A stretch of DNA of 64,000 nt from an uncultured Gemmatimonadales bacterium (GTDB lineage Bacteria; Gemmatimonadota; Gemmatimonadetes; Gemmatimonadales; GWC2-71-9). The translations under genes and the position numbers were made by a program. Where the stretch lies: positions 480,001 through 544,000 of the forward strand of contig CAVOGR010000001.1 in NCBI GenBank assembly GCA_963695555.1, in the 5' to 3' direction. Below, one piece after another: positions 50,146 to 61,096 of the stretch. The notes under the pieces are model-generated. The model was not told where the DNA came from. It worked only from the letters and a program-made list of their open reading frames with translations, and did no database searches. Position 1 is the first letter of the stretch; the number at the start of each line of letters is the position of its first letter.

Positions 50146-53067
50146 CTAGACCTCTGCGTAGGCCTCCAGCGGCGGGCACGAGCAGATCAGATGCCGGTCG
50201 CCGTACGCGCTGTCGATCCGTCCCACAGCAGGCCACACCTTGTGCTCGCGAGTCTCGGCGCTCGGATACCCGGCACGCTCGCGGGAATAGGGTCGATCCC
50301 ACGTATCTGAAATGACGTCGGCGATGGTGTGCGGCGCGTAGCTCAGGATGTTGTTACCCGGTTCGGCGCGTCCTTCCTCGATCTCCCGGATCTCTTGCCG
50401 AATGGCGATCATCGCGTCGCAGAATCGATCGAGTTCCCGCTTGGGCTCGCTCTCGGTCGGCTCCACCATGAGAGTTCCCGGAACGGGGAAGGACACGGTT
50501 GGCGGGTGGAAGCTGAAATCGATGAGGCGTTTGGCGACATCTTCGACGTCGACTCCGGCCGACTTCTTGAATGGGCGGGTATCCAGAATGCACTCGTGCC
50601 CAATCAGCCCGGCAGTCCCGCTATACAGCAGCGGGAAGTGTTCCTTGATGCGGTGGGCCATGTAGTTCGCGTTGAGGATCGCAATCCGGGTCGCCTCCGT
50701 GAGCCCGTCCGGACCCATGAGGGCCAGATATGCCCAGGAGATGGGGAGGATGGACGGGCTGCCCCACGGCGCCGCCGATACGGTTCCGCACGGCGCTTCC
50801 CGGCCCAGCGGCACAACGGGATGATCGGGGAGGTACGGCGCGAGATGCGAGGCCACGGCGATCGGTCCCATGCCGGGGCCGCCCCCGCCGTGAGGAATGC
50901 AAAAGGTCTTGTGCAGGTTCAAGTGGCAGACATCGGCCCCGATGTCGCCGGGACGGCAGAGGCCCACTTGGGCGTTCAGGTTGGCCCCGTCCATATAGAC
51001 CTGACCGCCGTTCGCATGGATGATCTCGCACACCCTTCGGATCCCGGCTTCGAACACGCCGTGGGTGGAGGGATACGTCACCATGAGCGCGCCGAGCGTG
51101 TCCCGGTGCTTTTCGGCCTTGGCTTGGAGGTCCTGCATGTCGATGTTGCCGCCCGGATCGGTGGTGACCGGCACCACCGTCATTCCCGCCATGACGGCGC
51201 TTGCGGGATTGGTGCCGTGGGCGGACTGCGGAATGAGGCAGGTGATGCGACCGGGCTCTCCGCGGGCGCGATGGTAGGCCCGAATCGTCAGGAGGCCGCA
51301 GAACTCCCCCTGCGAGCCGGCATTCGGCTGCAGGCTGACGGCGTCGAAGCCGGTGATCTCGGCCAGTTGGGCCTCCAAGTCCCGGAACAACTCGGTGTAG
51401 CCCTGAGCCTGCTCCCGCGGCGCGAAGGGATGCAGCCCTCCAAAGCCGGCCCACGTAATCGGCACCATCTCCGCGGTGGCATTCAGCTTCATGGTGCAGG
51501 ATCCGAGCGGAATCATTGCTGCGGTGAGTGACAGATCCTTTGCCTCGAGCTGCTTCAGGTAGCGCAACATCTCGGTCTCGCTGCGATACCGATGGAACAC
51601 CGGGTGAGTGAGATAAGATGTGGTTCGGCGCTGCGCTGCCGGAATACGCTTGGGTACATCGGTCAGGTCGACATCCGCGGGACGCCCGAGAGCGAACGCC
51701 GCGAGGAGGTCCGAGAGGTCGGTCTCCGTCGTGGTTTCGTCGAAGGCGACACCGAGGCGGGTCGCGGAGACTTCCCGGAGGTTCATGTTCCGTTCGCGCG
51801 CGGCCGCGACGATCTTCTGGACTTGGCCGGCGGCGACGTCGATCGCCACGGTATCGAAGAAGACCGCGTGAGCCACTTCATAGCCGAGTCGTTTGACACC
51901 CTCGGCGAATCTGGCGGCGAGCTGGTGCACCCGCTCGGCGATGCGGCGGATTCCTTCGGGGCCATGGTACACCGCATACATGCTGGCAATCACGGCAAGG
52001 AGCACCTGGGCGGTGCAGATGTTGCTCGTGGCCTTGTCGCGGCGGATGTGCTGTTCGCGGGTCTGGAGGGCCATGCGCAGCGCGGGCTGGCCACTGCGAT
52101 CCTTGCTCACGCCGATGATCCGGCCTGGGATCTGCCGCTTGTAGTCGTCGCGCGTGGCGAAGAAGGCGGCGTGCGGCCCTCCGTATCCCAGCGGAACGCC
52201 GAACCGTTGCGAATTTCCCACCGCGATGTCCGCACCCCACTCACCGGGAGGCACGAGGAGGGCGAGCGCGAGCAGGTCGGTGGCGGCAGTGACCAGCGCG
52301 CCGACGCCGTGCGCCCGATCGCATACCGCTCGAAGATCTTCGACCTTCCCTTCGGTCGACGGGTACTGCACGAGCGCGCCGAACACCGACGCGTCGAACT
52401 CGAATGTGGCCGGCGGCGCGACGACTACCTCGATGCCACGCGCCTCGGCTCGGGTCTCGACCACAGCGATGGTCTGCGGGTGACAGCCGGTATCGATCAA
52501 GTACCGATGAGCGTCGGATTTGGAAACTGCATGTGAAAGCGTCATGGCCTCCGCCGCCGCTGTCGCCTCATCCAACAGCGACGCGTTGGCGACCTCGAGC
52601 CCCGTCAGATCCGAGACCATCGTCTGGAAATTGAGCAGGGCCTCGAGCCGGCCTTGTGCGATCTCTGCCTGGTACGGGGTGTAGGCCGTGTACCATCCCG
52701 GATTTTCCAGGATGTTGCGCTGAATTACCGGCGGCGTGAAGCAATCCGAGTACCCCATGCCGATGTACGTTTTGAACACGATGTTCTGGGACGCCATCCG
52801 CTGGAGCGCCGCTAACACCTCCTGCTCGGACCGCGCGGGCGGCAGATCGAGGGGGCGACGGTCGCGAATGTCCTCCGGAACCAGCGTGTCGATCAGGCTG
52901 TCCAGCGAGTCGTAGCCCATCGCGTCCAGCATCCGCCGGACGTCGTCCTCGCGCGGTCCGATATGCCGGTCAACAAACCGTCCGTCGCCGCGCGGAGCAG
53001 GCGTGGCCCCCTCCGACCCGGAGTGCGCTGATGATGAACGGCCGGTTTCTTCAGTCGTCGTTGCCAT
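50146..53067 (-). CDS. gcvP: Glycine dehydrogenase (decarboxylating), single-chain P protein
   Basis: [51 protein letters not shown]. Confidence 0.98.
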   Translation of the reverse strand: MATTTEETGRSSSAHSGSEGATPAPRGDGRFVDRHIGPREDDVRRMLDAMGYDSLDSLIDTLVPEDIRDRRPLDLPPARSEQEVLAALQRMASQNIVFKTYIGMGYSDCFTPPVIQRNILENPGWYTAYTPYQAEIAQGRLEALLNFQTMVSDLTGLEVANASLLDEATAAAEAMTLSHAVSKSDAHRYLIDTGCHPQTIAVVETRAEARGIEVVVAPPATFEFDASVFGALVQYPSTEGKVEDLRAVCDRAHGVGALVTAATDLLALALLVPPGEWGADIAVGNSQRFGVPLGYGGPHAAFFATRDDYKRQIPGRIIGVSKDRSGQPALRMALQTREQHIRRDKATSNICTAQVLLAVIASMYAVYHGPEGIRRIAERVHQLAARFAEGVKRLGYEVAHAVFFDTVAIDVAAGQVQKIVAAARERNMNLREVSATRLGVAFDETTTETDLSDLLAAFALGRPADVDLTDVPKRIPAAQRRTTSYLTHPVFHRYRSETEMLRYLKQLEAKDLSLTAAMIPLGSCTMKLNATAEMVPITWAGFGGLHPFAPREQAQGYTELFRDLEAQLAEITGFDAVSLQPNAGSQGEFCGLLTIRAYHRARGEPGRITCLIPQSAHGTNPASAVMAGMTVVPVTTDPGGNIDMQDLQAKAEKHRDTLGALMVTYPSTHGVFEAGIRRVCEIIHANGGQVYMDGANLNAQVGLCRPGDIGADVCHLNLHKTFCIPHGGGGPGMGPIAVASHLAPYLPDHPVVPLGREAPCGTVSAAPWGSPSILPISWAYLALMGPDGLTEATRIAILNANYMAHRIKEHFPLLYSGTAGLIGHECILDTRPFKKSAGVDVEDVAKRLIDFSFHPPTVSFPVPGTLMVEPTESEPKRELDRFCDAMIAIRQEIREIEEGRAEPGNNILSYAPHTIADVISDTWDRPYSRERAGYPSAETREHKVWPAVGRIDSAYGDRHLICSCPPLEAYAEV

Positions 53068-53091
53068 GAATGGTCTGCGTCCTTGTGTGCA

Positions 53092-53122
53092 AACGCCCCG
53101 AGGTTTGGTCCCCCGGGGCGTT
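53092..53122 (-). terminator. Intercistronic hairpin between gcvH and gcvP
   Basis: Minus strand AACGCCCCGGGG-gaccaaa-CCTCGGGGCGTT followed by TGC. Confidence 0.5.
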
Positions 53123-53154
53123 GGTTCGTGCCAGACGTGATCACCGCGGGGTGC

Positions 53155-53541
53155 TCACTCTCCAATGTGCTGGCTGTATGCCTCGGAGTTGAGGAGGGCG
53201 TCGAGTTCGCTCAGCGCGCTCAGCCGGATGCGAACCATCCAGCCATCTCCGTACGGGTCCGCGTTGACGACCGCTGGGTCGGCATCGATCGCGCCGTTCA
53301 CCTCCGTGACCTCGCCAGATGCCGGGCTGAAGAGCTCCGACACCGCCTTCACCGCCTCGATCGTGCCGAAGACCTGCCCCTGGTCGAACTCCTCTCCCAC
53401 TTTGGGCAGGCTTACGAACACGATGTCACCCAATTCGCCCTGCGCGTAATCGGTGATCCCGATTTCGATCAGGTCGTCGTCGATCTTTCTGACGTACTCG
53501 TGCTCCTCGCTATAGAGGAGATCATCCGGCACGTTGGACAC
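53155..53541 (-). CDS. gcvH: Glycine cleavage system H protein
   Basis: GITDYAQGELGDIVFV, IEAVKAVSE (lipoyl Lys), DPYGDGW. Confidence 0.97.
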   Translation of the reverse strand: MSNVPDDLLYSEEHEYVRKIDDDLIEIGITDYAQGELGDIVFVSLPKVGEEFDQGQVFGTIEAVKAVSELFSPASGEVTEVNGAIDADPAVVNADPYGDGWMVRIRLSALSELDALLNSEAYSQHIGE

Positions 53542-53596
53542 GCGCGCTCCCGGTTTGGTTTTGCGGGGGAGAGAATACGTGGGAGCGAGGCCGAAA

Positions 53597-54208
53597 TCAA
53601 GCGCCCGCGTTCACTTTGGTGACGAGGGCGTCCCACACCTCCCGCACACGGCCCTCGAGGGCCTCGAGGGTCCCGGCGTTGTCAATCACGATGTCGCTCC
53701 GCCGCCGCTTCCGGTCGGCGGGATCCTGCGAGGCGATAAGACGATCCGCCTCGTGGGGGGTGAGGCGGCGAAACGCGACCAGGCGCCGGCGCCGGGTGGC
53801 CGGCGGAGCATCCACCAGAATGATGACGTCGAATTCGTCCTCCCATCCCGCCTCGAACAGGAGCGGGATGTCGCTCACCACGATCCGAGCCCCGCTGGCC
53901 TCGGCCTCGGCCAGCCGTTCACCGTGCAGTCGCTCGACGGCGGGATGGATGATCGCGTTGAGATCGGCCAGGGCGGCCGGATCACCCATGACCCGACGGC
54001 GCAGCCTGGCCCGGTCGAGCTGCCCGTTGGGCATCACCATCTCCGAGCCGAATTGGGTTGTGATGTCCCCGAGCAGGGGCGAGCCGGGCTGCTCGACTTC
54101 CCGCACCAATTGGTCCGCATCGATGATGATCGCGCCAAGCCCGCGCAGCTGATCGACCACGACGGACTTCCCGGCCGCCACGTTTCCGGTCAGGCCGACC
54201 TTCAGCAT
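53597..54208 (-). CDS. coaE: Dephospho-CoA kinase
   Basis: VGLTGNVAAGKS, IDAD, LDRARL, IIHPAV, DIPLLFE. Confidence 0.95.
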   Translation of the reverse strand: MLKVGLTGNVAAGKSVVVDQLRGLGAIIIDADQLVREVEQPGSPLLGDITTQFGSEMVMPNGQLDRARLRRRVMGDPAALADLNAIIHPAVERLHGERLAEAEASGARIVVSDIPLLFEAGWEDEFDVIILVDAPPATRRRRLVAFRRLTPHEADRLIASQDPADRKRRRSDIVIDNAGTLEALEGRVREVWDALVTKVNAGA

Positions 54209-54217
54209 CCGGACCGG

Positions 54218-54823
54218 CTAGAGGAGGGCAGTCTGACTCTCGTCCCGGGCCGGCACCCGGTGGCAGTGCCGGCAGCGGGCTTCGTAGGCCTCTTGTCCGC
54301 CCACCATGATGGTGGGGGAGTTGTACGGCGCCGGCTTGCCGTCGATGAGCCGCTGGTTCCGGCACGCCAGGTCGCCGCAGACCACGCAAATGGCCTGGAG
54401 CTTATCGACGGTCTCGGCGATGGCCATGAGATGCCCCATGGCCCCGAAGGGCTCGCCGCGGAAGTCCGTGTCGGTGCCCGCCAGAATGACTCGCACCCCG
54501 CGGGACGCCAGGTCGGTCGCTACGGGCACGATTCCCATATCGAGAAACTGTGCCTCGTCAATGGCGACGAGCTGCGTCTCCGGTCGGACCAGACGCATGA
54601 TTTCCGATGACGTATCGACGGGGGTCGCTTCGAATTCCCGGCCGTCATGGCTGGTAACGCTGTACAGGCCGGCGTAGCGGGCGTCGAGATGGGATTTGAA
54701 GACCTGAACCGTCCGCCGCGCGATGATGGCCCGACGGACGCGCCGGATCAACTCCTCGCTCTTGCCGCTGAACATCACCCCGCTTACGACTTCGATCCAT
54801 CCGGGATGACTGCCGTGGTACAT
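54218..54823 (-). CDS. tdk: Thymidine kinase
   Basis: [28 protein letters not shown]...YEARCRHC. Start at MYHGSH. Confidence 0.96.
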   Translation of the reverse strand: MYHGSHPGWIEVVSGVMFSGKSEELIRRVRRAIIARRTVQVFKSHLDARYAGLYSVTSHDGREFEATPVDTSSEIMRLVRPETQLVAIDEAQFLDMGIVPVATDLASRGVRVILAGTDTDFRGEPFGAMGHLMAIAETVDKLQAICVVCGDLACRNQRLIDGKPAPYNSPTIMVGGQEAYEARCRHCHRVPARDESQTALL

Positions 54824-54997
54824 CGGTCGATTCTCCCCGCTCGAGCGCCGCGGGAGGTTAGCGCGTGACGAGCCGCCGGTCAAGCAGACGCTTGCCATGG
54901 GGCTGGCAACCTCGCGATATTGCTGGTGTGGCGCGGGTTTCCCGCTGCCGCAGCATTGCGATCCCATCGTGTCCGCTCGCCATCTCAAGGAGTTCTC

Positions 54998-55288
54998 ATG
55001 AACAAGACGGAAATGGTAGCAACAGTCGCGAAGAAGCTCGACACCTCGAAGGCGCACGCCAACGAGATCGTCGATACCTTCTTCGCCAAGAACGGTATCA
55101 TCACGTCGACGCTGAAGAAGGGTGGCAAGGTCCAGCTTCCGGGGTTTGGCAACTTCGAGACCCGCAAGCGCGCCTCCCGTCAGGGCCGGAACCCGCAAAC
55201 CGGCAAGACCATCACCATCAAGGCAGCGACCGTCCCAGCGTTCCGGGCCGGCAAGGCCCTGAAGCAGGCGGTCAACAAGGGTCGCTAG
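54998..55288 (+). CDS. hup: HU family DNA-binding protein
   Basis: AAGGAG RBS; MNKTEM...GFGNFE...RQGRNPQTG...[11 protein letters not shown]. Confidence 0.95.
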   Translation: MNKTEMVATVAKKLDTSKAHANEIVDTFFAKNGIITSTLKKGGKVQLPGFGNFETRKRASRQGRNPQTGKTITIKAATVPAFRAGKALKQAVNKGR

Positions 55289-55325
55289 GGCCGATCTTCA
55301 CCATCGTCACCCTCTGTTGAGGGAT

Positions 55326-55351
55326 ACGGGCCACCCCGCTGGGTGGCCCGT
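55326..55351. terminator. Hairpin between convergent HU and DbpA-domain genes
   Basis: ACGGGCCACCC-cgct-GGGTGGCCCGT. Confidence 0.65.
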
Positions 55352-55358
55352 TGGCGTT

Positions 55359-56768
55359 TCAGCGGCGGCGACTCTGCGCGCGATCCAGGTGGGCGCTCAC
55401 CCGCTTGCGTCTGAGGAGCTTGCCATTCATCGCTGCGATGATCGCCTCGGCGTCACTGGCCGGAATCTCGACCAGCGCGTGGGTATCCTTGACTTCGATC
55501 CGGCCGACCACCTTCCGGTCGACCCCGATCTCCTTGGTGAGCACTGCAACCAGGTCGGCCACCGTGATCCCGTCCTTCCGGCCGGCGGACACGAACATCC
55601 GGGTCGTCGCCGGAACAGGCTCCGTGGCGGCGGCTGGTGCTGCCGCCTGTGCCTGCGGTGCCTCGCTCCAAAGGTGGTAGAGCGCCGCTGCCACCCGGAC
55701 AGAATCGAACCGATCGAACAACGGCGCGAGCGTGAGGACTGCCCCGTCGAGCGGCGTCCGAGCGATCAGGTCTGCGACCGAGGCGCGCCGGGCTGCCGCT
55801 TCGTCCCGGGCCGCCTCGAGCGCTCCGGGCAACCGCAGTGGCCGGTCCTCGACCCCGAGCGCTTCGACGTAGTGCCCCGCGATTGGCGGCACCAACAAGA
55901 CTCGGCTACCGGTTGCCGCCCACCCCCTGAGCCGGCGTGGCGTGGGCAAATCATAGGCGACCACGACCTCGGCCTCGGGAGGGTCGTCGTGGAACAGCGT
56001 CACCCCAGCCATCATCCCGGCCAGTGCCAGCCTTGCCTCCTCCCGGGCGGCTGACGTCGCGGTCCACACGGCACACCGGTCCGGATCCAGCAACGCCAGC
56101 GTGTCCCGAAGGGCTTCGCCCCTGCGATGCCACGGGACCGAGACGGTCCGGACGGGAGGAGGTGAGGGAACGGAGTCCTCGGGTCTCATCCCAACGGTGA
56201 GAGCCCGCCAGGCATGTCGCTCGATCACGGCCGCCGCTCGCTCCGGCGCGGCAGTGTAGATCAACCGCTGGCAGTCGCCTGAGACGTCAGCCATGAGATC
56301 CTGCAGGAGGGCATCGCCCTCCCAGACCTCGGGCCAGGCAAGCAGCAGGGTCTCGAGTTCGCTCGCTCGAAGCATCGAGCGCGCGAGGAGCTCGCGGGCG
56401 CGTGCGGGGGTTGTCAGGAGTATCGGGACGGGCTGGTCGCTCGGAATCCTGGTCCGCGGCGTGTCGGGAATGGCGAGGAAAGAGGATTCCGAGGTGGGAG
56501 CAAGCCGGGCCAGGAGCCAGGCCAGCTCTTCGAGCATAGTCGGGTGGGCGAGGACGAGCGACGTGGGCGTGGCCGCTTGGCGTCGCTCCGCGAGCAGGGC
56601 GAGAGCAGGGGCGGCATACGCTGCCGACGGCGGGGAAACCACGACCAAATTGTGCTTTCGCCTGATGGTCGGCACGGCATCACCTGCGAAGGCTTCTTCC
56701 AGCTGCCATCCGATCCGATCGAGCGCCGCGCGCTCCGATCCCGTTGGGATCGATTCCCTATCCGTCAT
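55359..56768 (-). CDS. Degenerate DEAD-box-helicase-like protein with C-terminal DbpA RNA-binding domain
   Basis: C-terminal TRMFVSAGRKDGITVADLV...VGRIEVKDTHALVEI; N-terminus colinear with DeaD but lacking GKT, DEAD and SAT; GGAG RBS. Confidence 0.8.
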   Translation of the reverse strand: MTDRESIPTGSERAALDRIGWQLEEAFAGDAVPTIRRKHNLVVVSPPSAAYAAPALALLAERRQAATPTSLVLAHPTMLEELAWLLARLAPTSESSFLAIPDTPRTRIPSDQPVPILLTTPARARELLARSMLRASELETLLLAWPEVWEGDALLQDLMADVSGDCQRLIYTAAPERAAAVIERHAWRALTVGMRPEDSVPSPPPVRTVSVPWHRRGEALRDTLALLDPDRCAVWTATSAAREEARLALAGMMAGVTLFHDDPPEAEVVVAYDLPTPRRLRGWAATGSRVLLVPPIAGHYVEALGVEDRPLRLPGALEAARDEAAARRASVADLIARTPLDGAVLTLAPLFDRFDSVRVAAALYHLWSEAPQAQAAAPAAATEPVPATTRMFVSAGRKDGITVADLVAVLTKEIGVDRKVVGRIEVKDTHALVEIPASDAEAIIAAMNGKLLRRKRVSAHLDRAQSRRR

Positions 56769-56934
56769 GCTCCACCTCGGTTGTCAAAAAGCCGTAGTCG
56801 CGCGAGTGCGCGATGAAGCTACGTCAGTGCCCGCGCCGCCGCTACCTGGTCGCCTCTGTGATGGAGTTGACACTCCTCGCGCGACCGAGGAGGTTTCGAG
56901 CGCCAATTCTCCTTCACTCGGCCTCAATCGGCTC

Positions 56935-58149
56935 ATGCCCATGCCCGATCCGCTCTCGTCAAACCTCGCCTACATCACGGCCTCTCAGACGGTCGCCATC
57001 TCCAACGAGGCGACTCGCCGGAAGGCCGCGGGCGAAGACGTCTTCGATCTTTCGGTTGGCGAGCCGGATTTCGACACGCCGAGCGTCGTCGCGCAGGCCG
57101 GCGTTCAGGCCATCCAGCGTGGTATGACCCACTATCCCCCCAACGTCGGAATTCCCGAGCTGCGAGCGGCCGTGGCTCTGCACCTGTCCCGTCTGAGCGC
57201 GGGCCGTCCCATCAACGCTGATCATATCATCGTCAGCACCGGCTCGAAGCAGGCGCTCTTCAATGCGTGCTTTGCCCTCTTCGGCCCCAAGGACAAGGTC
57301 CTCATTCCGGCGCCGGCCTGGGTGTCCTTCCCCCAAATCGTGCGCCTGGCGCGGGCAGAGCCCGTGCTCGTTCCCGGCGACGTCGAGTGGGGTCTCAAGG
57401 TGAACGTGGCCGACTTGGACCGGCAGGCCGACGGCCTGACCCGTGGCCTGATTCTCAATTCACCCTGTAATCCAACCGGTTCGGTCTACACGTTGAGCGA
57501 GTTGCGCGCCATCGCCGAGTGGGCGCACCGCCGGAACATCTGGATCATTTCCGACGAGATCTACCGGCGGATACACTACGGGTCGGGTCCGGCGCCGTCG
57601 CTGTTGGATCTTCCCGACGAGCTGCTCGAACGAGTGGTGATTACCTATGGAGCGAGCAAGGCGCATGCAATGACGGGCTGGCGCATCGGCGTGGCGCTCG
57701 CGCCTCCGGACGTCATGCGTGCAATGGCGGCCATCCAGTCGCACACCACCACCGGTGCCAATCATCCGGCGCAGTGGGCCGCCGCGACCGCGTTTAGTGA
57801 TGAACGGGCCGACCAGGCCGTGGAGGCAATGGTGGTCCAGCTCGCGCGCCGACGTGAATCGCTCGTGACGCGTTTCCGGACAGAGGCACCGGGCGTCGAA
57901 TTCGTTGAGCCGCACGGCGCGTTCTATCTCTTCTTCCGAGTGGACGGTTTCGAGGGCCCGGTTCAGACTGGGCAGGCCTTCTGTGAGCGGCTGATGGAAG
58001 AGCACGGCGTGGCCCTGGTTCCTGGTGCCGCCTTTGGAGACGATCGGTGGGTGCGGCTGAGTTATGCCGTCTCGGATGTGGACCTGGAGGCCGCGCTCGA
58101 ACGCGTCATCCCGTTCATTCAGCATCTTGCAGGGTCACGTGGCACCTAA
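56935..58149 (+). CDS. Class I/II PLP-dependent aminotransferase (AspC/AspB-like)
   Basis: LSVGEPDFDTP, GSKQAL, NSPCNPTG, SDEIY, SKAHAMTGWRIG, VRLSYA. Start 56935 or 56941. Confidence 0.95.
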   Translation: MPMPDPLSSNLAYITASQTVAISNEATRRKAAGEDVFDLSVGEPDFDTPSVVAQAGVQAIQRGMTHYPPNVGIPELRAAVALHLSRLSAGRPINADHIIVSTGSKQALFNACFALFGPKDKVLIPAPAWVSFPQIVRLARAEPVLVPGDVEWGLKVNVADLDRQADGLTRGLILNSPCNPTGSVYTLSELRAIAEWAHRRNIWIISDEIYRRIHYGSGPAPSLLDLPDELLERVVITYGASKAHAMTGWRIGVALAPPDVMRAMAAIQSHTTTGANHPAQWAAATAFSDERADQAVEAMVVQLARRRESLVTRFRTEAPGVEFVEPHGAFYLFFRVDGFEGPVQTGQAFCERLMEEHGVALVPGAAFGDDRWVRLSYAVSDVDLEAALERVIPFIQHLAGSRGT

Positions 58150-59095
58150 TCGCACCGCAGTCCGAGTCAGGCGAGGGCAGAGCACGCTGCTTCGCCGCGC
58201 GATGGCCGAGCGCGGGTTGAGCCCGGCGACGTGGCTACCGGAGGCAAGCGAAGGCCGGGTTGTTGAGGCAACGATTCAGCCTGCGCGGCTCATCGAGGAC
58301 CCGGAGCTCAGAACTCACGCCGTGGGCTCGGCCCAGGCCTGGCCCGGGCTGGTGGCCTTCCTTGACGGCATCCAGCGCTACCACATCGTCGGATACCTCG
58401 GCAGCACGCCACTGGTGGAGGCCCGGGTCGCGGCGGCGGTTCGGGTGCGCCGTGACCGCCGCCTCACGACGGCAGGATGGGAGCAGGAGCGGCTGATGCT
58501 GGGTCGGCCCGACGTGCTGCGCGCGGTCGAGGACCTGCTCGAGGATGCGCGACCGGTCGTGCTGCCCGACGACGAGCCGGGACATCCTGTGGTGGACCTC
58601 GAGGCGGCCCGCCGCGCGATCGATCGGGAGCGGGGGGCCTTGGAACTCCGAGTGGGCGACGCCTATCGGCAACAGGATGAGGGGTGGTTGGTGGTAGACG
58701 GCTCGCTGGCCGAGAGCCCGCAGTGGGCGGCCGCAGCGCGCATGATCGGGGTCTCGAAGAGCCATGCAACGTTGCCCTTCGCGGGCCGGGACCAAGTGGT
58801 GTACCTGGAACTGCCATATGGGAACCGCTCGTCGGTGTTCGCGCCCCAGTCCCACGCAGTCGCTCCGGTATATTCCTGGGCCTTGAGGCTCTGGCCGTGG
58901 GAAGGCCGGGATCTGTTTCACGGGTTGATCCGGGTCGAGACCGCTCCAACCCGCGAGGCGTTGGACGCGGCCGATCAGATCGGTCGTTGGCTCGTGGCGG
59001 AGCGCGCACCGATCGGCACACCGGATCCACGATGGGATCGCTTGTTGTATGGCATTCACGATGTTGAGGTATATCTCAAGTCCCGTATGGTCTGA
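58139..59095 (+). CDS. nurA: NurA-like 5'-3' nuclease
   Basis: AFLDG, LVVDGSL, IGVSKSH and C-terminal IHDVEVYL match NurA (RNase H-like) motifs; directly upstream of HerA. Start GTG 58139 or ATG 58202. Confidence 0.75.
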   Translation: MAPNRTAVRVRRGQSTLLRRAMAERGLSPATWLPEASEGRVVEATIQPARLIEDPELRTHAVGSAQAWPGLVAFLDGIQRYHIVGYLGSTPLVEARVAAAVRVRRDRRLTTAGWEQERLMLGRPDVLRAVEDLLEDARPVVLPDDEPGHPVVDLEAARRAIDRERGALELRVGDAYRQQDEGWLVVDGSLAESPQWAAAARMIGVSKSHATLPFAGRDQVVYLELPYGNRSSVFAPQSHAVAPVYSWALRLWPWEGRDLFHGLIRVETAPTREALDAADQIGRWLVAERAPIGTPDPRWDRLLYGIHDVEVYLKSRMV

Positions 59096-59106
59096 AAGAA
59101 GTACAA

Positions 59107-61056
59107 ATGTCACGAGAGCAGGATGAAGTGATTCCGGTCGGTCGCGTGGTGGCGACGGAACTCAAGCCGTCTACTCCGCATCAATTCTATTTCTGGACGG
59201 CGCGGCAATCGCCGGTCGGCATTGGGGCCATCGTGCGAGTTGCGACGGTCGAGCGATTGGTCTATGGCGTGGTGACCGATGGGTACGCGTATTCCGATCT
59301 CATGACACCGCTGGACGACGTCATCGGAGCCGACGGCGATCCCGCGGCGGTCGATGCCCACCCGACCGAGCGGGCCGAGATCCGACTGTACGCCGCCGCG
59401 GTCCTCCGCCAGGAGCCTGCCGAGCCGCTCCAACCCGTACCGATCGGCGACGTGTTCCTCGCCACCGACATCGACGTGATCGCCGCCCTCCGCATGGACG
59501 CCTACACGGAGGGAGAGCGGGCGACGAAGCTTCCGATCGGCGTGTACCACGCGGCGGGCCTGCGTGCTCCCGTGTATCTCGACGCCGACTTCCTGCTCGG
59601 CCCGGAAGCCGCGCATCTCAATATCTCCGGGGTGTCGGGCCTCGCGACCAAGACCAGTGCCGTGGAATTCCTGTTGACGAGCATCTTCCAGACCTTTCCG
59701 GCGCATAAGGGCAGCGTGGCCGCGGTGTGTTTCAACGTGAAGGGTCCGGACCTCTGTTTCCTCGATCAACCGGGCGAGCTGTCCGCCGAGGACTTGGAGC
59801 TCTACGCGAAGCTCGACCTCGAGGCGGAGTGCTTCCAGTCGGTGCGCTACTTCGCGCCCTATAAGGCCGATGGCGTCAACCTCAACACCCTCCGCACCAA
59901 CCGGGCCTTATCCGGCAACACGGAACCGTTGGTCTGGGGGCTCCGCGAGGTGCTGGACTTCGCCGAGGTGCTCCTCAATCGGGATGATATCGATGCCAAG
60001 GCGGACGCGTTCATCGATTTCCTGGCGGATCGCGTGGTCGGCAAGGAGTACGTCGACACCACCCTACGGCAAGAGCCGTTTCGGGTACAGACGTTTGCCG
60101 ACCTGAACGATTTCTTCCGCGCGATTTTCGATTACGCCGAAGCGCTTGGTCGTGGGGAAGTGTGGCGTACACACCACCTGGCGACGATCCGCAAAGTGCG
60201 CAATCGCCTCAGCAATATCAGCACACGATCAAAGGGCCTGGTGACCGATGACGGCGTGGTGAACGACCTCCCGTGGGGCGAATTCCAGGATCGCAGCGTG
60301 CTTTGCATCGATGTGGCAGGCCTCGACCCGTTAGCCCAGGACCTGGTCTTTGCCAGAGTGGTTTCCAAACTCAGGGAGCACTTGGAACGCCGCGATCTGG
60401 GCGTCGATCATATCATCGTCTTCGTCGACGAGTTGAACAAGTACGCGCCCGCGGATGGGCCGGACACCTACGTGCGGAGGATGCTCCTGGATTTGTCGGA
60501 GCGCGGCCGCTATCTGGGACTGGCCCTCTTCTCCGCGCAACAGTTCCGATCGCAAGTGCACCGCCGAGTGGTTGGCAACGCCGGCACGTCGATCTTCGGT
60601 CGGATGGACATGGACGAGTTGGCGACACCGGGGTACTCCACCGTCACGCCGGCCACCAAGAGCAAGCTCGCCACCATGCCCAAGGGCGAACTCATGGTCC
60701 GCCACCCCCATTTCACCCAGCCCATCTTCGTGCGCTTCCCCAGACCCGCCGTCATGACCGGCCGGGACGGGATCGAGCGGTTCCCGCCCGAGCAGGATCT
60801 GAGCTTGGCCGAAGCCGTCCGCCGGCAGCTCCAGGCACTGGACCGGCACCTGTCCGCGGCCGATCTGGCGGGGCTCATTGAGGGGCGGCGCGACGTCGAT
60901 GTCCGGCGGGCCGTCCACGCTACCCGGCAGGCCCGTCCCGAGAACGTGCTGGCCTTCTTCCGTTCCTGCTTGGGCCGGGCCGTACCGCTCGAGGTCGCAC
61001 CGCCTCAGAGGGGAATCCCCGCGGTCAAGCGCAGCTCGGATCCGTACGCGCCCTAA
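59107..61056 (+). CDS. herA: HerA-family ATPase/helicase with N-terminal HAS-barrel
   Basis: VGRVVATE barrel; HLNISGVSGLATKTS (variant Walker A), FNVKG, VFVDELNKYAP (Walker B), ERGRYLG, SAQQ. Confidence 0.85.
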   Translation: MSREQDEVIPVGRVVATELKPSTPHQFYFWTARQSPVGIGAIVRVATVERLVYGVVTDGYAYSDLMTPLDDVIGADGDPAAVDAHPTERAEIRLYAAAVLRQEPAEPLQPVPIGDVFLATDIDVIAALRMDAYTEGERATKLPIGVYHAAGLRAPVYLDADFLLGPEAAHLNISGVSGLATKTSAVEFLLTSIFQTFPAHKGSVAAVCFNVKGPDLCFLDQPGELSAEDLELYAKLDLEAECFQSVRYFAPYKADGVNLNTLRTNRALSGNTEPLVWGLREVLDFAEVLLNRDDIDAKADAFIDFLADRVVGKEYVDTTLRQEPFRVQTFADLNDFFRAIFDYAEALGRGEVWRTHHLATIRKVRNRLSNISTRSKGLVTDDGVVNDLPWGEFQDRSVLCIDVAGLDPLAQDLVFARVVSKLREHLERRDLGVDHIIVFVDELNKYAPADGPDTYVRRMLLDLSERGRYLGLALFSAQQFRSQVHRRVVGNAGTSIFGRMDMDELATPGYSTVTPATKSKLATMPKGELMVRHPHFTQPIFVRFPRPAVMTGRDGIERFPPEQDLSLAEAVRRQLQALDRHLSAADLAGLIEGRRDVDVRRAVHATRQARPENVLAFFRSCLGRAVPLEVAPPQRGIPAVKRSSDPYAP

Positions 61057-61096
61057 TCGGCTTGCTTCGGGCGCCGGGACGCGCCATTCTCCCCTA

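Noticed and set aside
53068..53596. Glycine riboswitch near the gcv genes
   Set aside because: The intergenic gaps are short (87 and 55 bp) and lack a full aptamer pattern; only a simple hairpin is present.
58139..61056. HerA-based anti-phage system (Sir2-HerA or DUF4297-HerA type)
   Set aside because: The partner has NurA motifs and is followed by sbcD/sbcC in a housekeeping neighbourhood with no defence-island or mobility genes.
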